The notes: generated by a model from the letters alone, not told the origin. 64,000 bases of DNA from an uncultured Planctomycetota bacterium (GCA_963823665.1 CAWGMQ010000010.1:1184001-1248000), one strand, 5' to 3'; positions 41,766-53,468 are shown, counted from the first letter of the stretch. Translations and numbers: made by a program.

Positions 41766-42530
41766 TCAGGGCGCAGCACGCTCCGGCTGATCGATCAAGA
41801 TCACGTTGTCGATCTGGCATACGACATCTTGAAAGTCATCATTCGTCGAATACTCCCAGCCGATCACATAGCTATTCGGAACGAGCTTGCCACTGGCCTT
41901 ATCCCGGTTGGGGTAGATCATGGCCTTGTACGGCTGTTTGGCCAGTCTCTTGTTGAGCCGGGAGACCAGCCCTGGCTCACTGAAGACACCGCCGTCCGAA
42001 AGGCCGTCATTGGAGACCCACAGCCCGAACGGCTTCTCGCCGGGATCGAATTCAGTCGATGATCCGGAATCAAGCGGCGGCGGCAAGTGCTGCTCCGTTC
42101 GCAAATCTTCAGTTGTATTCTTATATGTATAAGACCAGAGTTGCACCTTTGCGGGCTCGCCCAGTTCGTTCGAGAGGGATTTGTACCATCCGCCCTTGTT
42201 CCGGGTGGGCAGGCCGAGCGCGATCACCGGGCGGAACCGAACGGGGCCGTTACCGGCCTTCCGGAACAGCCCGGGTGTGGCTTCCGGGGATGTCTTCACG
42301 GGGTTCTTGAGATCAGCATACATCGAGAGGCCGTAGCGATCTCGCAAGATAACCTCCCAGTCGGGCTCGCCCGGGCCCGGGGCCACCTTGGGCTGTTTGG
42401 GAGTTTGCGGCGCGTCGCCAGCGGGCGGCCTAGCTTGTGCACTGCACCAGGGGAATCGACTTCCGGATGTGTAGGGGATGGCGAGCGCGAGGCTCAGGAT
42501 TGAGAGCGCTGCGGATCTCGAGGTTTTCAT
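41766..42530 (-). CDS. Secreted hypothetical protein
   Basis: Signal-peptide-like N-terminus, GAGG RBS, C-terminal SYVIGWEYSTNDDFQDVV (DUF4114-like). Confidence 0.65.
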   Translation of the reverse strand: MKTSRSAALSILSLALAIPYTSGSRFPWCSAQARPPAGDAPQTPKQPKVAPGPGEPDWEVILRDRYGLSMYADLKNPVKTSPEATPGLFRKAGNGPVRFRPVIALGLPTRNKGGWYKSLSNELGEPAKVQLWSYTYKNTTEDLRTEQHLPPPLDSGSSTEFDPGEKPFGLWVSNDGLSDGGVFSEPGLVSRLNKRLAKQPYKAMIYPNRDKASGKLVPNSYVIGWEYSTNDDFQDVVCQIDNVILIDQPERAAP

Positions 42531-42614
42531 GAGTTACCTCATGTTGATCGGTGGAGGGCGTTCGCCGTTTCGTCGGCCAATGGATCGGAAAGCGAGGCGC
42601 GTACGAGCATGGGG

Positions 42615-45610
42615 TCAACGGGTCGAGCCTTGCAGAAGAGGCCGAAGCAGAGCAAGCACACCATGCCCGCGGCACGAGACCACCAGGCCGATCTGGAATG
42701 ATCGCGGTGTGAACGTGTAAACGAGACGGTGATGGCCGGCGGGCACCAGAGCACCGCGCATCAACTGGTTGACCTGATAGATCTTCGCGGGCTTGTCGTC
42801 GATTGTGAGCTGCCAACCGGGATAATAGACATCGGCGAGCACAACGAGGCCAGGTGACTCGAGGTCGGCTTCGAGGACGGCCCGCTGGGGCGACGGATAG
42901 CTGACCGCGACGTTCTCGGAGTTGGCTGGCGGGCGGTCCGAGAGCTTGGGACTGACCTCGGAGATGTCGTCGCCGGCGACCCAGGCGAGCAGATGCGGAT
43001 CAAACGAGACTTTGGTGTGGTCCACCCAGAAACGGTCATTCGCGTAGAGCATTTCTTCGATCGCCGCGCTGCGAGATGCTCGCGAGAGGCCAACGGGGCG
43101 CTCGACTGCGCGCACGCGATGCACAACCCATGCACGAGGAAACTCTTGTTCATTTCGCATGATACGATAGTCTTTGGTCTCGATCCACTGCATCTGCTTA
43201 TCCTTGCCGCCCTTGACGATGAACTGGCCTGCCTTGGGGTAGACGGCTCGAGCCTGGTCGAGGAAGGCGGCTGTGGCGCGCGATTCGTCTTTCCAGCCGT
43301 TGGGAAAAAAGGGGAGGACGAAGTACCGCGTGTTCCAGAGGTCGAAGCCTCTGCGGGGGTAATAGATGATCTCGTCACCCGACTTGATGCCGAGGTCTGC
43401 GGCGGTCTGTGCGTTCTGGAGGTGGCGTGGGAAGCCGGCGAAGAACCACTCGTAGTCGTAGAGCTCGGCGACGCCGATCGTGTGCGTGTATTCGACGCCC
43501 TGGTCGATACCGTATTTGGGCTGGAGCGTGCCACGCTCCCAGGCGACGAAATCGCCCAGACGGTCCGGCGAGGACGACCTGTTCCAGCCGGGAGGGTTCC
43601 ATTGGGCCATGCGGTGGATGCGGAACGGGCCGGGTGCCGGGTGGGCACGCTCTTCGCGTTCAATGAGCTCGAGAACCTCCGGCTTGGTGTCGAAAAGCGA
43701 CTGTGGAACCGTGAATATGAAACGCGCATTGGCGGCGGCGAGGTCGAACGACACAACGAGCAGCAGGAAACCGGCCGCGAGCGCGGCGCGGGTCCGGAGC
43801 AGCCTGAGCGCCAGCAATCCGAGCGCGAACACGGCCGATGCGTGCGCGAGAGACCGGATGATGGCCCGGACCGCGCCCTGGGCGTCCAGTGGGCCGAACA
43901 TCGAGTTGGATTCGATGCCTTGTATCGCTGCAAACAATGCCCGGCGCTCGACGAGAACGGCGGCGAGCAAGCAAACGGTTACTGCGAGCAGAAGGGCGGT
44001 GATGGTGCTCGCGCCGCGATTTCGACCGGCTCGCACGCGGTCGCAGCCGATGCCGGCGAGCGCGGCCAAAGCGAGTGCCGTGAAGGTGAAGAGCTTTGCG
44101 GGGAAGCGAAATTGACGGAAGCCGGGCAAGAACGCAGCGATCAGCCAGTAAACGCCGCCATCGCCATCGCGGAGGAAGCCGTCCTCGCGGATGGGGTTGG
44201 TGCCGTGTTTGTCGACCGGCCCCAGGACGGCCGCGGCGGTCGCGATAGGGCCGGCGGGAGAAATTGCAGCGAGAGCACGCGTCACCCAGATCGGGCTGGT
44301 GTATTCGCCGATCGCACCGACGGTGCTCACGATGGCAATCCAGGAAAGCCACACACGCCAGGGCGGTCCTTTGCGAAAAGCGAGTGCGGAGAGTGCCACG
44401 ACGAACGTCATTCCGCCGAGGTAGAGCGATGGCACCCAGATCTTGGGATAGGCGCCCGGCAGTCGGATGATCGCTGCCCAGTAGGTGTTACTTCCGAATT
44501 GAGCACCGTAGATGTTGGGCCAGATCAGTTCAATCAGCCGATGGGGTTCGATGCTGAAGGCGTACAATTCATGAGTGCCCGGCTCCGATGCACGTGTCGT
44601 CTGCTGCGTGAACTCGATGACCGGGAAAAGCTGCGCCGCCGTGGCCGCGGTCGCGAGGATGGCCGAGACTGCGAGGCCAAGGACCATCGCGCCCAAAGGG
44701 TTTCGCCAAGGGCGACCTCGCCATCGGTAGAGAAAGATGCCTGCGATCACCAGCCAGGCAGCGAGCACCGCGGTGCTCAACGCGCCGATCCAGGGCAGGG
44801 GAGGTATTGGCGGGCCGTCGTGGGGCGGCCTGAATCTCGGGAACACGATGCCCATGATCACGGTTGCGGCGAACCACGCCGCGAAGAGCGCGACGGCGAC
44901 TGCCGCCACCCGCAAAGCTCGACCGCGGCGTTTCGGTGGAGTTGGTCCCGCATGGGACGAGGCTCGTTCGGGTGCTGCGCAGGCGTGCTCTGGTAAGCGC
45001 CAGCGCATAGCCGAGCCCAGCGATCCCGAGCAGGAAGGCCGACTGCGGGTCGCCACCGAGAACCTGAAGTCCCAGGACAAGGGCCAGTTCCAGGATAGCC
45101 CAGCGCCGGCCCAGCCGGACCCAGCGGTCGACGGCATGAACTCCCAGCGGAAGCCACGCGGCGCCGACCAGGTAGATGATATTGCAGTACTGAAACAGGA
45201 TCGGTGCACCAAAGGTATAACTGAGGGCACTGACGCCCGCCCCGCCCCAACCGGTTTTCCAGGATCTCATGAGAATCGAGCATTGCCGTGAATGCGACAA
45301 GCGAATGGGCCACGATGTAAATCCGCGCCGCCCACTTGTACGGAAGAACGTTGAAGACGATCTTGCCCGGGTAGAGCACCGCCGCCGTCGGGTTACCGAG
45401 CAGCGGCATGCCACTATTCTCCTCAGGCTCCCAGAGGGGCCATCGACGCTCGTTCCATTCCTTTTGCACCCGCGCGTGGAGCGGGTAGTAATAATGGCCG
45501 GCGTCTCGAAATCCGAACTGGCGATCTTTGAACAGGGCCGGCGCGTAGCAGCACAGAAAGAGAGCGGTGAAACAAGCCAAAAGCAACATCACCAGGAAGA
45601 CGGGACGCAT
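42615..45610 (-). CDS. YfhO-family membrane protein (putative GT-C glycosyltransferase), frameshifted near 45230-45290
   Basis: FRDAGHYYYP..WPLWEPEENSGMPLLGNPTAAVLYP, AAWLP, LGGDPQ, FRFPAK, C-terminal PGLVVLADVYYPGWQLTID..NQLMRGALVPAGHHRLVYTF. Confidence 0.8.
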
Positions 45611-45655
45611 GCGGACCTCACCGGCCGCGATCGGCGTGAACGCATACCGATCTGT

Positions 45656-47114
45656 TCACTTCAGGGTAAACGGATGAGTTGCGGATCGCGCAACTTTGGC
45701 CGGCGGCGTGAGTGCCGCTTTAGGGTCGGGCGATTTCCCGTCAGGGCCTGGCGGAAGCTTGGGCAGGAGCTCGTCGAGTTTCTTCGTCTCGCCGCTCAGT
45801 GCCTTCATGAACGCGACCACGTCGGCCTTCTCCTGTGCAGTGAGCTTGAGCGGTTTCATGTCGGGGTCGAGCGACGAGTTGGGTGTTCCGCCTTTGTCAT
45901 AATGATCCATCACTTGTTCGAGTGTCGCCAGGCTGCCGTCGTGCATGTACGGTGCGGTGTGAGCGACCTCGCGAAGCGTCGGCGTCTTGAATGCGCCGAT
46001 CGCTGCGTCCACCTTGGCGCCGATCGGGTCGATCGCCCAGCGGCCCAAGTCGGCGAACTTGCCGGTCTTCTCGTCATAACCGATTCCCAGGTTGTGGAAA
46101 CCTTCATCCGTGAAATTGAAGCCCTGATGGCAGAGAGTGCATTTGGCCTTCTGCCGGACGACGTCCGTCTTGAAGTCGTCGTCGGTGTTCGAGGTCAAGC
46201 CGAACAGGACGAGGCCGCGCTTCTCGCTTTCGGAAAGAGCTTTGTTGTCACCGGCATTGTACTTGTCATAAGGCGAATTCCCCGAAAGTGCGGCGACCCG
46301 TTCAAACGTGGCGATCGCCTTGGCCATTCCGTCGAGCGTGACGGGCGTGCCGAAGACTTTCTCGAATTGCTCGATATATCCGTGGATCTTCGCGAGGCGG
46401 TTGATGATCTGGTCGTATTTCTGGTCGCCCATTTCGATCCGGTTCTGGATGGGTCCTTGAGCCTGGCCTTCGAGCGACGGTGCCCGGCCGTCCCAGAACA
46501 TCAACTTCCCGTATGTGGTGTTGATCACCGTCGGAGCGCTGCGATCGCCGGTTTGACCGTTGATTCCGATCGAGACTGCGCATCCCGTCGGTCCAGCCCC
46601 GGGCGGGGTTATGGCAGGTTGCGCAGCTCACTGTGCCGTCGAGCGAAACTCTCGGATCGAAGTAGAGCTGGCGGCCCAGCTCGTATTTGCCGTTCGTGAT
46701 CGGATTCGACGCGGGCACGTAGATTTTCGGCGTGAGGGGCTGCAATCCGAGCGGCACTTTGACGGCGAGCGGCTCGTCCTTGATGAGCTCCGGCCTGGAT
46801 GGCGACCACATATGCGCGAACGGCGTCGGACCGAAGCTGGACTCGCCTCCTTTCACTTCCCCTTTGACCGTATCGGCGAGTTGCTTGGTATCGATCGGAC
46901 GGGCCGGAGAAGTCACATTTGTCCCGCCCTTCTGCTCTGGCTGCGCGTCTGCCCCAGCGCCGGTGCCGCTCGGCGACCCGGGCGGTTTTTGGCTCGAGAC
47001 ATTCTGCGGCACACCCGCGGTCTGCGCTTCATCGCCACTCTGGCAGCCTGCAATGACACCCAGCACCAATCCACCGAGGAGACCCATCGCTCTTGATCGA
47101 ATCCACCAGCTCAT
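45656..47114 (-). CDS. Di-heme cytochrome c peroxidase (bCcP/MauG family) lipoprotein, frameshift near 46580
   Basis: Lipobox VIAGC, LGRQLYFDPRVSLDGTVSCATCH, MFWDGRA, CTLCH, FKTPTLR..TAPYMHDG. Confidence 0.9.
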
Positions 47115-47290
47115 CACCGCCCTCCGCTCCAATCTGTCAACGCGAGCAGACACACTTCTCTGCTCTTCCACGCGCGCAAGCTGAGCTTGCACCTTACCCT
47201 GTTTGCGGGCAAGCGGCAACCGTCAGCTTGCCCGCGCTTTCGCACGATCAAGCGCGACGCCAACACGCACGGCGAAGCACTCGCCATCGA

Positions 47291-47662
47291 CTACTTCTTT
47301 TTCGCCAGCAGCCCTTCGGCATTCCGCTGGGCCTGATCAACCAGATTGTCCCAGTGCTGGTCGACGTATTGAGGCGGACCACCCTTCTGCGCAACGTGGT
47401 ACGAAACGTCGATCGTGTCCACCATATCAATCGCATCCCAGGGGCAGACCTGCGCACAATGCTTGCAGCCGATGCACCGATCGAGATCGATGTCGCAAAA
47501 GGTCTGCAGCGATGCGTGTTCCTCTCCTGGAACCTTATAGATACAGTCCACAGGGCATACCTCGAGGCAGGCCTCGCAACCCGTACAACCATCAGCGTGA
47601 ATCACCGCGAGGATCTTGGGGATGACTTTTCGCGGCTTGCCGGCCAGGGACGCTGCTGCCAT
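47291..47662 (-). CDS. 2x[4Fe-4S] ferredoxin
   Basis: CTGCEACLEVCP and CIGCKHCAQVCP. Confidence 0.92.
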   Translation of the reverse strand: MAAASLAGKPRKVIPKILAVIHADGCTGCEACLEVCPVDCIYKVPGEEHASLQTFCDIDLDRCIGCKHCAQVCPWDAIDMVDTIDVSYHVAQKGGPPQYVDQHWDNLVDQAQRNAEGLLAKKK

Positions 47663-47824
47663 ATCACTTTTCCCCAGGTTCGCTGACGTTTCGGTGTCGG
47701 ATTCGCCGTGATTCCATGCGAACCCCCCGCATCGATCATGTCACGGAAAGCGAGCTACCGCGTGGCGGCCTTCGGTTTCGGCAGGGTCTTGGCGAAGGCG
47801 AAACCCGTCACGAGACTCACCATG

Positions 47825-47853
47825 ATTATCGTCCTTTTGGGTGCAAGGGTCAA
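47825..47853 (-). promoter_or_regulatory. sigma70-type promoter upstream of the ferredoxin and peroxidase genes
   Basis: TTGACC-N17-GATAAT on the minus strand. Confidence 0.55.
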
Positions 47854-48253
47854 GCCACCGTGATTCAGCCTGTCGAAACCGGTGCGTCGAGGGCCGCGAT
47901 CGCGAGGCTCGGCTCGAGTAAACACGCCGGTGCCGCCGATCGCGCCAGCATCGCGCGTTCGATTGCTCACCGTCCCTTCCCTATAATAACATGCGCCGAA
48001 TTTCAGTGATTGGCAACAAATCCCGCCAAAAAAAGTGCAATCACGCAACTGATACGGCTGCAACGTTTCGAGTTACGGCTTTGCGCGATTTCTTCGTTAA
48101 TTGTGAACACGCGGTCGAATATTAACGCGGTCCTCCGATGCGTCATCGAGGGCGTGGTGAAAGACAACGGAAGCACCTCAGAGAACCTGAATCCGCTTTG
48201 CAGTGTGCTACTCGACTTTGAACCGGCCCCGGTTATCTGACGCTTCGGTGCGA

Positions 48254-50128
48254 TCAATTGACATCGTGCTTCGCAATCGAGTCGTCCACGATCCCGATCA
48301 GCGGCGTGAGGCTGCGTGGGATCGCGGGCTCGAGAGACCTGCCGGCTGTAATCGCGGCGGCGGCGCGATTGTATCGCTCCTGCGCCAGAACCCGGTCGGC
48401 GGGATCATAACGCGCGTACGCTTGGCGTGAATAAAAACCGGAAGACCGCTCACAGACCTTGGCCCATTTTCTGGCGTCCATCTTGAAATGACTGGCGCAT
48501 TCTTGCAGCTCGATCAGCGGGACCGGGGTCGACTCCGGCCACCCGAATGCGTGACGTGCTCGAAGCTGCTCAAGCACGTTGCGGGCCACGGCGATGGTTC
48601 CCACGAGATTCATATGGTGAGCGTCGTGGTACAGGTAATCATCCAGAATACCGTCAGGGCTCACCTTCGTCAGAATCGACGGCGCGTCGACCAGCATCGA
48701 TCCATACTGGCGCGCGACCGAATGAAAGACTGCTCGGAAGTCCGACTGGCAGCGAACCGGCAAGCCATCCCGGTCTCGGGCCTCGACGAATTCACGACCG
48801 GCTTCCTGCCATTGCCCGGTTTCGACGAGAGCTTTTCCAAGACGATAGTGGCTTTCTGCAAACTCGGGGTGGCTCGCGATCAGACGGCGGTACGCGGCAA
48901 TCGCCTTCTGGGGGTCGGGGGCCTCGCTCACGCTCGCGGTCCGAAATTCGGTCGCGAAGTCCGCCCTTTCCAGAGGAGAAGTGTCCGAGGAGAGAAAGGA
49001 CCTGCTGGGCTCGTAGGCTCCGTCGTTCGAGCCGGGAACAATCATGATCGGGAACGCGCCGATCCGGTTGCAATACTCCGCCAGCGATTCGAGCCGGCGC
49101 CGGAACTCTTCCAGCAGATACCGATACTCTCGCGGCGTGAAACACGGGCGGTCCACCAGCTCACGGCTCACGTGGGGCGGCGGTGGCGCCTCGCCGTAGA
49201 ATCGATCCAGGTTCTTCAAGATCACATGCGTCGTGGAGCTGAGCGACCGCGCGAGTTCTTGCAGGCCCAGCAGGCTCTCCGGTCCGTCCTCGACATAGTG
49301 CGCCACGTTACGATCCCAGCCATACCTCGCGTGGAATTCGTTGTGCCCCGAAAAGAGCAGGATTGCGTCTGGCTTGTAATCGAGCCCGTCGAGCGCCAGC
49401 AACGCCTGTTCGAGGCAGAAGCCGCCTCTGGCGCGCACGTCGACGTCAACCCCCCTGCCTGGAAGGACGCTTTCCAGCTTCCAGCCAACAATCTGGGCGA
49501 CAGAGATCCACGGTTCGTAAGGCTCGCCCGCCGCACTCGATTCACCAATGACCAGGATCTTCAGCTTGGAACCGCTCGATGGCTTCGTCACTCGAACAGG
49601 ATCACTCGAGCCCGCGTCCTTGCCGCGTTCTTCCGGGCGGATTCGCTCTCGAGCGTTGGCTCCCTCGGGATGAAACCTGGCTCCAGGATTGGCCGCCTCG
49701 TTCCTCTTGCTCGATTGCGGGTCGGGGATCCGGTAGGAATGTCGATCCATCATCCTTACAACGACTTCCATCACGATCAAGGACGCCGAGCAGCTCGTGC
49801 ACAGGAGCACCCATTTCATTGAATGCACGAACGCGCCACGATCGCGTCGTCGTCGAGCCCGCACAAGCGCGATCCATGACCACACCATGCCGATCGCCGC
49901 CGCGGGGACCGCGAGGATGAAGGCTCCAAGTAGAAACCAGAGGAGGACGATCCCGCCTCGAATGATCACCCAGTGCGGCGTGATCGCCTTCAGCCACGGC
50001 AACCCAGCCCCCAGGAGCAAGAAGGCACCAACCGTCGCCGCCGCTGGAATAGCAAGCTGGCGGGACCCGCCGGACAGAACTTGCCGTGAAGGCGATCGGT
50101 GCTCCGCATCGGAGTCGCGATGCATCAT
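48254..50128 (-). CDS. Membrane-anchored SGNH-hydrolase-like protein with TPR
   Basis: N-terminal TMs, ILVIGESSAAG (block I), FSGHNEF (block III), TPR AESHYRLGKAL, DAHH (block V). Confidence 0.7.
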   Translation of the reverse strand: MMHRDSDAEHRSPSRQVLSGGSRQLAIPAAATVGAFLLLGAGLPWLKAITPHWVIIRGGIVLLWFLLGAFILAVPAAAIGMVWSWIALVRARRRRDRGAFVHSMKWVLLCTSCSASLIVMEVVVRMMDRHSYRIPDPQSSKRNEAANPGARFHPEGANARERIRPEERGKDAGSSDPVRVTKPSSGSKLKILVIGESSAAGEPYEPWISVAQIVGWKLESVLPGRGVDVDVRARGGFCLEQALLALDGLDYKPDAILLFSGHNEFHARYGWDRNVAHYVEDGPESLLGLQELARSLSSTTHVILKNLDRFYGEAPPPPHVSRELVDRPCFTPREYRYLLEEFRRRLESLAEYCNRIGAFPIMIVPGSNDGAYEPSRSFLSSDTSPLERADFATEFRTASVSEAPDPQKAIAAYRRLIASHPEFAESHYRLGKALVETGQWQEAGREFVEARDRDGLPVRCQSDFRAVFHSVARQYGSMLVDAPSILTKVSPDGILDDYLYHDAHHMNLVGTIAVARNVLEQLRARHAFGWPESTPVPLIELQECASHFKMDARKWAKVCERSSGFYSRQAYARYDPADRVLAQERYNRAAAAITAGRSLEPAIPRSLTPLIGIVDDSIAKHDVN

Positions 50129-50221
50129 GATATATAAATTACCCGAATTCGAATGGAATCGACCGGCCTGACGGGCATTGACGTTCTCGCGGTGCACCGG
50201 CTGTCGACGAACGCATTGCGG

Positions 50222-51730
50222 CTAATGCGCATGACCTTCCCCGTGATCGCCGCCGGATGGAGACGCGGTTTCCACTTGAGCATTCTCGTGGTCACCGGCG
50301 CCCGCCCGCGGCATGAACCCATAGAAAAGCTTGACGGCCGCTTGAATGTAGCCTTTCTCGAGCGTGCCTGCCTTGGCCTGAAGCGCGAGCAGGCGCAGCA
50401 CACGCCCGTACGACGGATCGACGGGCACAGCAGCCGCGAGCTTCTGCAGCGAGAGGCCCTTTTCCATCGCCAGCGCGACTGCATGAATGACCATGCTCGA
50501 TTCGCCGCCGGCGACGGTTGCCCCCAGAATCCTCCCGTTCGGCGACGCAACCACCTTGGCGAAGCCATCCGTCTCCCCGTCAATCACGGCAGCGTCAACA
50601 TCGCCGAAGCCAACTCGGTACACGCGGCAAGGAATCTCTTTCGCCATCGCATCCGCCTCGGTGATCCCGACTCCCGCTACCATGGGATCGGTGAAAGTCG
50701 CCCACGGAATCGTCGCATAGGTCATCTTCTTGCGAATCCGCAGCACCGCGTTCTGGAACACTGTCATCGCTTCTTGCTCCGCGACGTTTGCCGAGAAGTG
50801 CTTCATGAGCACATCACCCACTGCGTACGCCCGCGTCGAATGGGTTTGGAGGTATTCGTCGACTTCAATCCCATGCGCGGCATCGGCATGGATTCCCGCC
50901 GCTTCGAGGTTCAGTTGAGCAACATTCGCGACCCGCCCCGCGGTGACCAGAATCGCTTCGCTTGCCGTCTCCCCGCCGTTGCCCGTCGCCCTCCCGCGGA
51001 ACGTGCAAACTTTGTCCGAGCCGCGCGGTTCAACCTTCAAGAGCTCCACGCCCGTATGAATCGAGAGCCCCTCATCCGTCAATCGCTTCGCGACAAATGA
51101 CGAAGCTTCCGGATCGTCGCGCGGCAGAACTGAATCCAGCGTGGTGAGCACCGTAACCTTCGAGCCCAGCCGCGCGAAACACTGGGCAAACTCGAGTCCA
51201 ACCGGCTCCGTCGTGATCACCGTCAGGCTTCTCGGCAGCGCTGAAAGCGACCAGATCGATTCCGAATCGAGATATCCGCATTGCGCGAGCCCCGGAATCT
51301 CGGGCGCGGCCGCGCGAGCCCCCGTCGCAATCACGAACCGGTTACTCGGCAGCAGCTTTCCTTCTACTTCGACTGTGTCGTAAGCCGAAAATGCCGCCGA
51401 TCCCTGGTGAATTTCGATGTCTTCTTGCGTCAGGATTTCGGCCGAGCTAGCATGTTCAAGCGTTCCCGCGATCGCTCTCACATTCGCGATCACCGCGGCG
51501 AAATCGACCTGCGGCTCGCTGGTCTTGATTCCGAATCGTGCCGGCCCTCTCATCTGATGCACCAGTCGGGCGGCCTGGAAGAGACCCTTGCTCGGCCAGC
51601 AGACCGATCCCGATGTCTTGTTCCCGAGCCGGGCCTTATCGACGAGCGCGACCCTCGCGCCCACGCGGGCCGCCGCGGTCGCGACGATCCTGCCGGCCGA
51701 GCCACCACCGATCACCACAAGGTCATACAT
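50222..51730 (-). CDS. Pyridine nucleotide-disulfide oxidoreductase homolog (MerA/LpdA fold) with degenerate active site
   Basis: YDLVVIGGGSAG, FVIATG, GRVANV..LNLE, YAVGDV, PWATFTDP, dimerisation domain GRILGA; redox motif LGNKTSGSVCWPSK has a single Cys. Confidence 0.85.
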   Translation of the reverse strand: MYDLVVIGGGSAGRIVATAAARVGARVALVDKARLGNKTSGSVCWPSKGLFQAARLVHQMRGPARFGIKTSEPQVDFAAVIANVRAIAGTLEHASSAEILTQEDIEIHQGSAAFSAYDTVEVEGKLLPSNRFVIATGARAAAPEIPGLAQCGYLDSESIWSLSALPRSLTVITTEPVGLEFAQCFARLGSKVTVLTTLDSVLPRDDPEASSFVAKRLTDEGLSIHTGVELLKVEPRGSDKVCTFRGRATGNGGETASEAILVTAGRVANVAQLNLEAAGIHADAAHGIEVDEYLQTHSTRAYAVGDVLMKHFSANVAEQEAMTVFQNAVLRIRKKMTYATIPWATFTDPMVAGVGITEADAMAKEIPCRVYRVGFGDVDAAVIDGETDGFAKVVASPNGRILGATVAGGESSMVIHAVALAMEKGLSLQKLAAAVPVDPSYGRVLRLLALQAKAGTLEKGYIQAAVKLFYGFMPRAGAGDHENAQVETASPSGGDHGEGHAH

Positions 51731-51929
51731 CGCTGGTTACCAATTCCGAGAGAGAGCGTGTTGCCGTGATAAGCCCGTTGGCCCACAAGGCCGCGGGTGC
51801 GCCGTAGCGTGTCGCGAAATCGCAATATACACTCTGCTCTTGGAGGTTGTTAGTTCTTACCCGTTCGTTCTGAATCGCCCTGATCACGGCGGCTCCGCCG
51901 TCCGTCTCTTTATCCTGGATGCGCCCATC

Positions 51930-53468
51930 ATGCCTCGAAAGGTCGCCATATTCTGGCCCGGAGATTATCGAGCCAGGCCGAATGAGTGGGCTCTCACCCA
52001 GTCCCGCGAGGCAACCTCGCAGCTCACCAGGGCGCTGCAAAAACTCGGGCGAACCCCGTACCTGGTCGAGGGCTACCTCACGCGGCCGGACGAATCGATC
52101 GCCAGGCTCGGTCCGATCGACGATCCCCTGATCGGTCTCTACGTCCACTGGACCTATGCGCCACACACGGTTGATGGAGTCGTCGGCAAAGATAACCCGC
52201 TCCTCCTCGCCTCGAATTTCTCGGGCACCTGGCCGGGCCTGGTGGCGCTTCTCAACACCGGCGCCTCGCTCGAAAGCGTCGGCCGGCCTGCCTCGCGCAT
52301 CTGGTCCGATTCCACCGACTGGACGGCCGATGCCCAGTTCATGGAGCGGCTCGACGAGTGGTGCACCTCCGGCCGCATCGCATATGACACCGGCGAGCTC
52401 CGAGCTGCTGCGGCGATCCGTCCCGAGGCAATCGCCGTCGCAAGCAGAGTGGCCGCCGAAATCCGCCGCCGTCGCGTGATCGCGCTCATGCTCGGCGACA
52501 CCTCGATGGGCATGATCAACGGATACTTCGGACCGAGATTGCTCTATCCCATCGGATTCACCGAGCACAAGGTCGACCAGGCCTGGCTGCTTGATCGCTG
52601 CAAAACGATCACCGAGAAGCGCGTCGGCGACGCATTCGACTTCGTCCAGGACCGCGGCGTCGTCTTCCACTGGAACGAGCCCGATGCCGCTGACTTCACG
52701 CCCGAGGCAACCCGCGAGCAACTCCGGGGCTACCTCGCTGCGCTCGATTTGATGGCGGAGTTCAAGGCCGACTGCCTGGGCTGGCAGTATCAGCTCGGGC
52801 TCCTCAATCTCCTTCCCCCCAGCGATTTCGCCGAGGGCCTGCTCAACTCCCACTGCCGGCCCGAAGGAAACGGCCGCGTCGTGATCACCAGCACCGAAGC
52901 CGACCAGGGGAACCTCGTCCCGATGGAGCTCATGAAACGCGTCTTGATCGCGCGCGGCATGCCCGAAGCCGTCATGTTCCACGACGTGCGCTGGGGTGCC
53001 CGCCACGACGACCGCTTTCTCTGGGTCCTGCTCAATTCCGGAAGCTGCTCGGCTTATGCATTCAACCACGACGTCTCGACCCTCCGCGGTGTTCATAGCT
53101 ACCGGCAGCCTGCCGGCTATTTCCCCGTGCCAGGCGGCACCTTCGCCGGCTCGAGCCTTGAGGGCGCAATCACCTGGGCCCGCTCCTGGATTGATCACTC
53201 CGGCAAGCTCGTCATGGACCTGGGCCGCGGCGAATCGGTTGCTCTCCCCGACCAGGTGCGCGAGTCCTGGTGGCGCGGCACAACCCGCCAGTGGCCGTTC
53301 ATGGCCGCCGACCTCGGCTGCTCCATGGAAACAATTATGGCCCATTATATGAGCAATCACATCGCCGTGGCCTACGGCGATATCTTCGGCGAAATGGTCG
53401 CATTGTCTCGGTCGCTGGGCTTCCAGGTGCGGATCCTCACTTCCGAAGCAGGTCAGGCTTCAGCCTGA
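51930..53468 (+). CDS. L-fucose/L-arabinose isomerase-like protein
   Basis: Resembles the FucI-related family by recalled pattern: WPGLV.LLN...L, SMGM.NG, GWQYQLGL, TEADQG, HDVRWG, LNSG, SNHIAVAYG. Confidence 0.6.
   Translation: MPRKVAIFWPGDYRARPNEWALTQSREATSQLTRALQKLGRTPYLVEGYLTRPDESIARLGPIDDPLIGLYVHWTYAPHTVDGVVGKDNPLLLASNFSGTWPGLVALLNTGASLESVGRPASRIWSDSTDWTADAQFMERLDEWCTSGRIAYDTGELRAAAAIRPEAIAVASRVAAEIRRRRVIALMLGDTSMGMINGYFGPRLLYPIGFTEHKVDQAWLLDRCKTITEKRVGDAFDFVQDRGVVFHWNEPDAADFTPEATREQLRGYLAALDLMAEFKADCLGWQYQLGLLNLLPPSDFAEGLLNSHCRPEGNGRVVITSTEADQGNLVPMELMKRVLIARGMPEAVMFHDVRWGARHDDRFLWVLLNSGSCSAYAFNHDVSTLRGVHSYRQPAGYFPVPGGTFAGSSLEGAITWARSWIDHSGKLVMDLGRGESVALPDQVRESWWRGTTRQWPFMAADLGCSMETIMAHYMSNHIAVAYGDIFGEMVALSRSLGFQVRILTSEAGQASA

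Noticed and set aside
47291..47662. Ferredoxin as the missing FwdG/FwdF partner
   Set aside because: It lies 40 kb away, has its own promoter and is linked to the peroxidase; there is no sequence evidence tying it to fwd.
50222..51730. Mercuric reductase MerA or dihydrolipoamide dehydrogenase
   Set aside because: No CxxxxC pair, no C-terminal CC, no His-Glu dyad, and no mer or 2-oxoacid dehydrogenase context.
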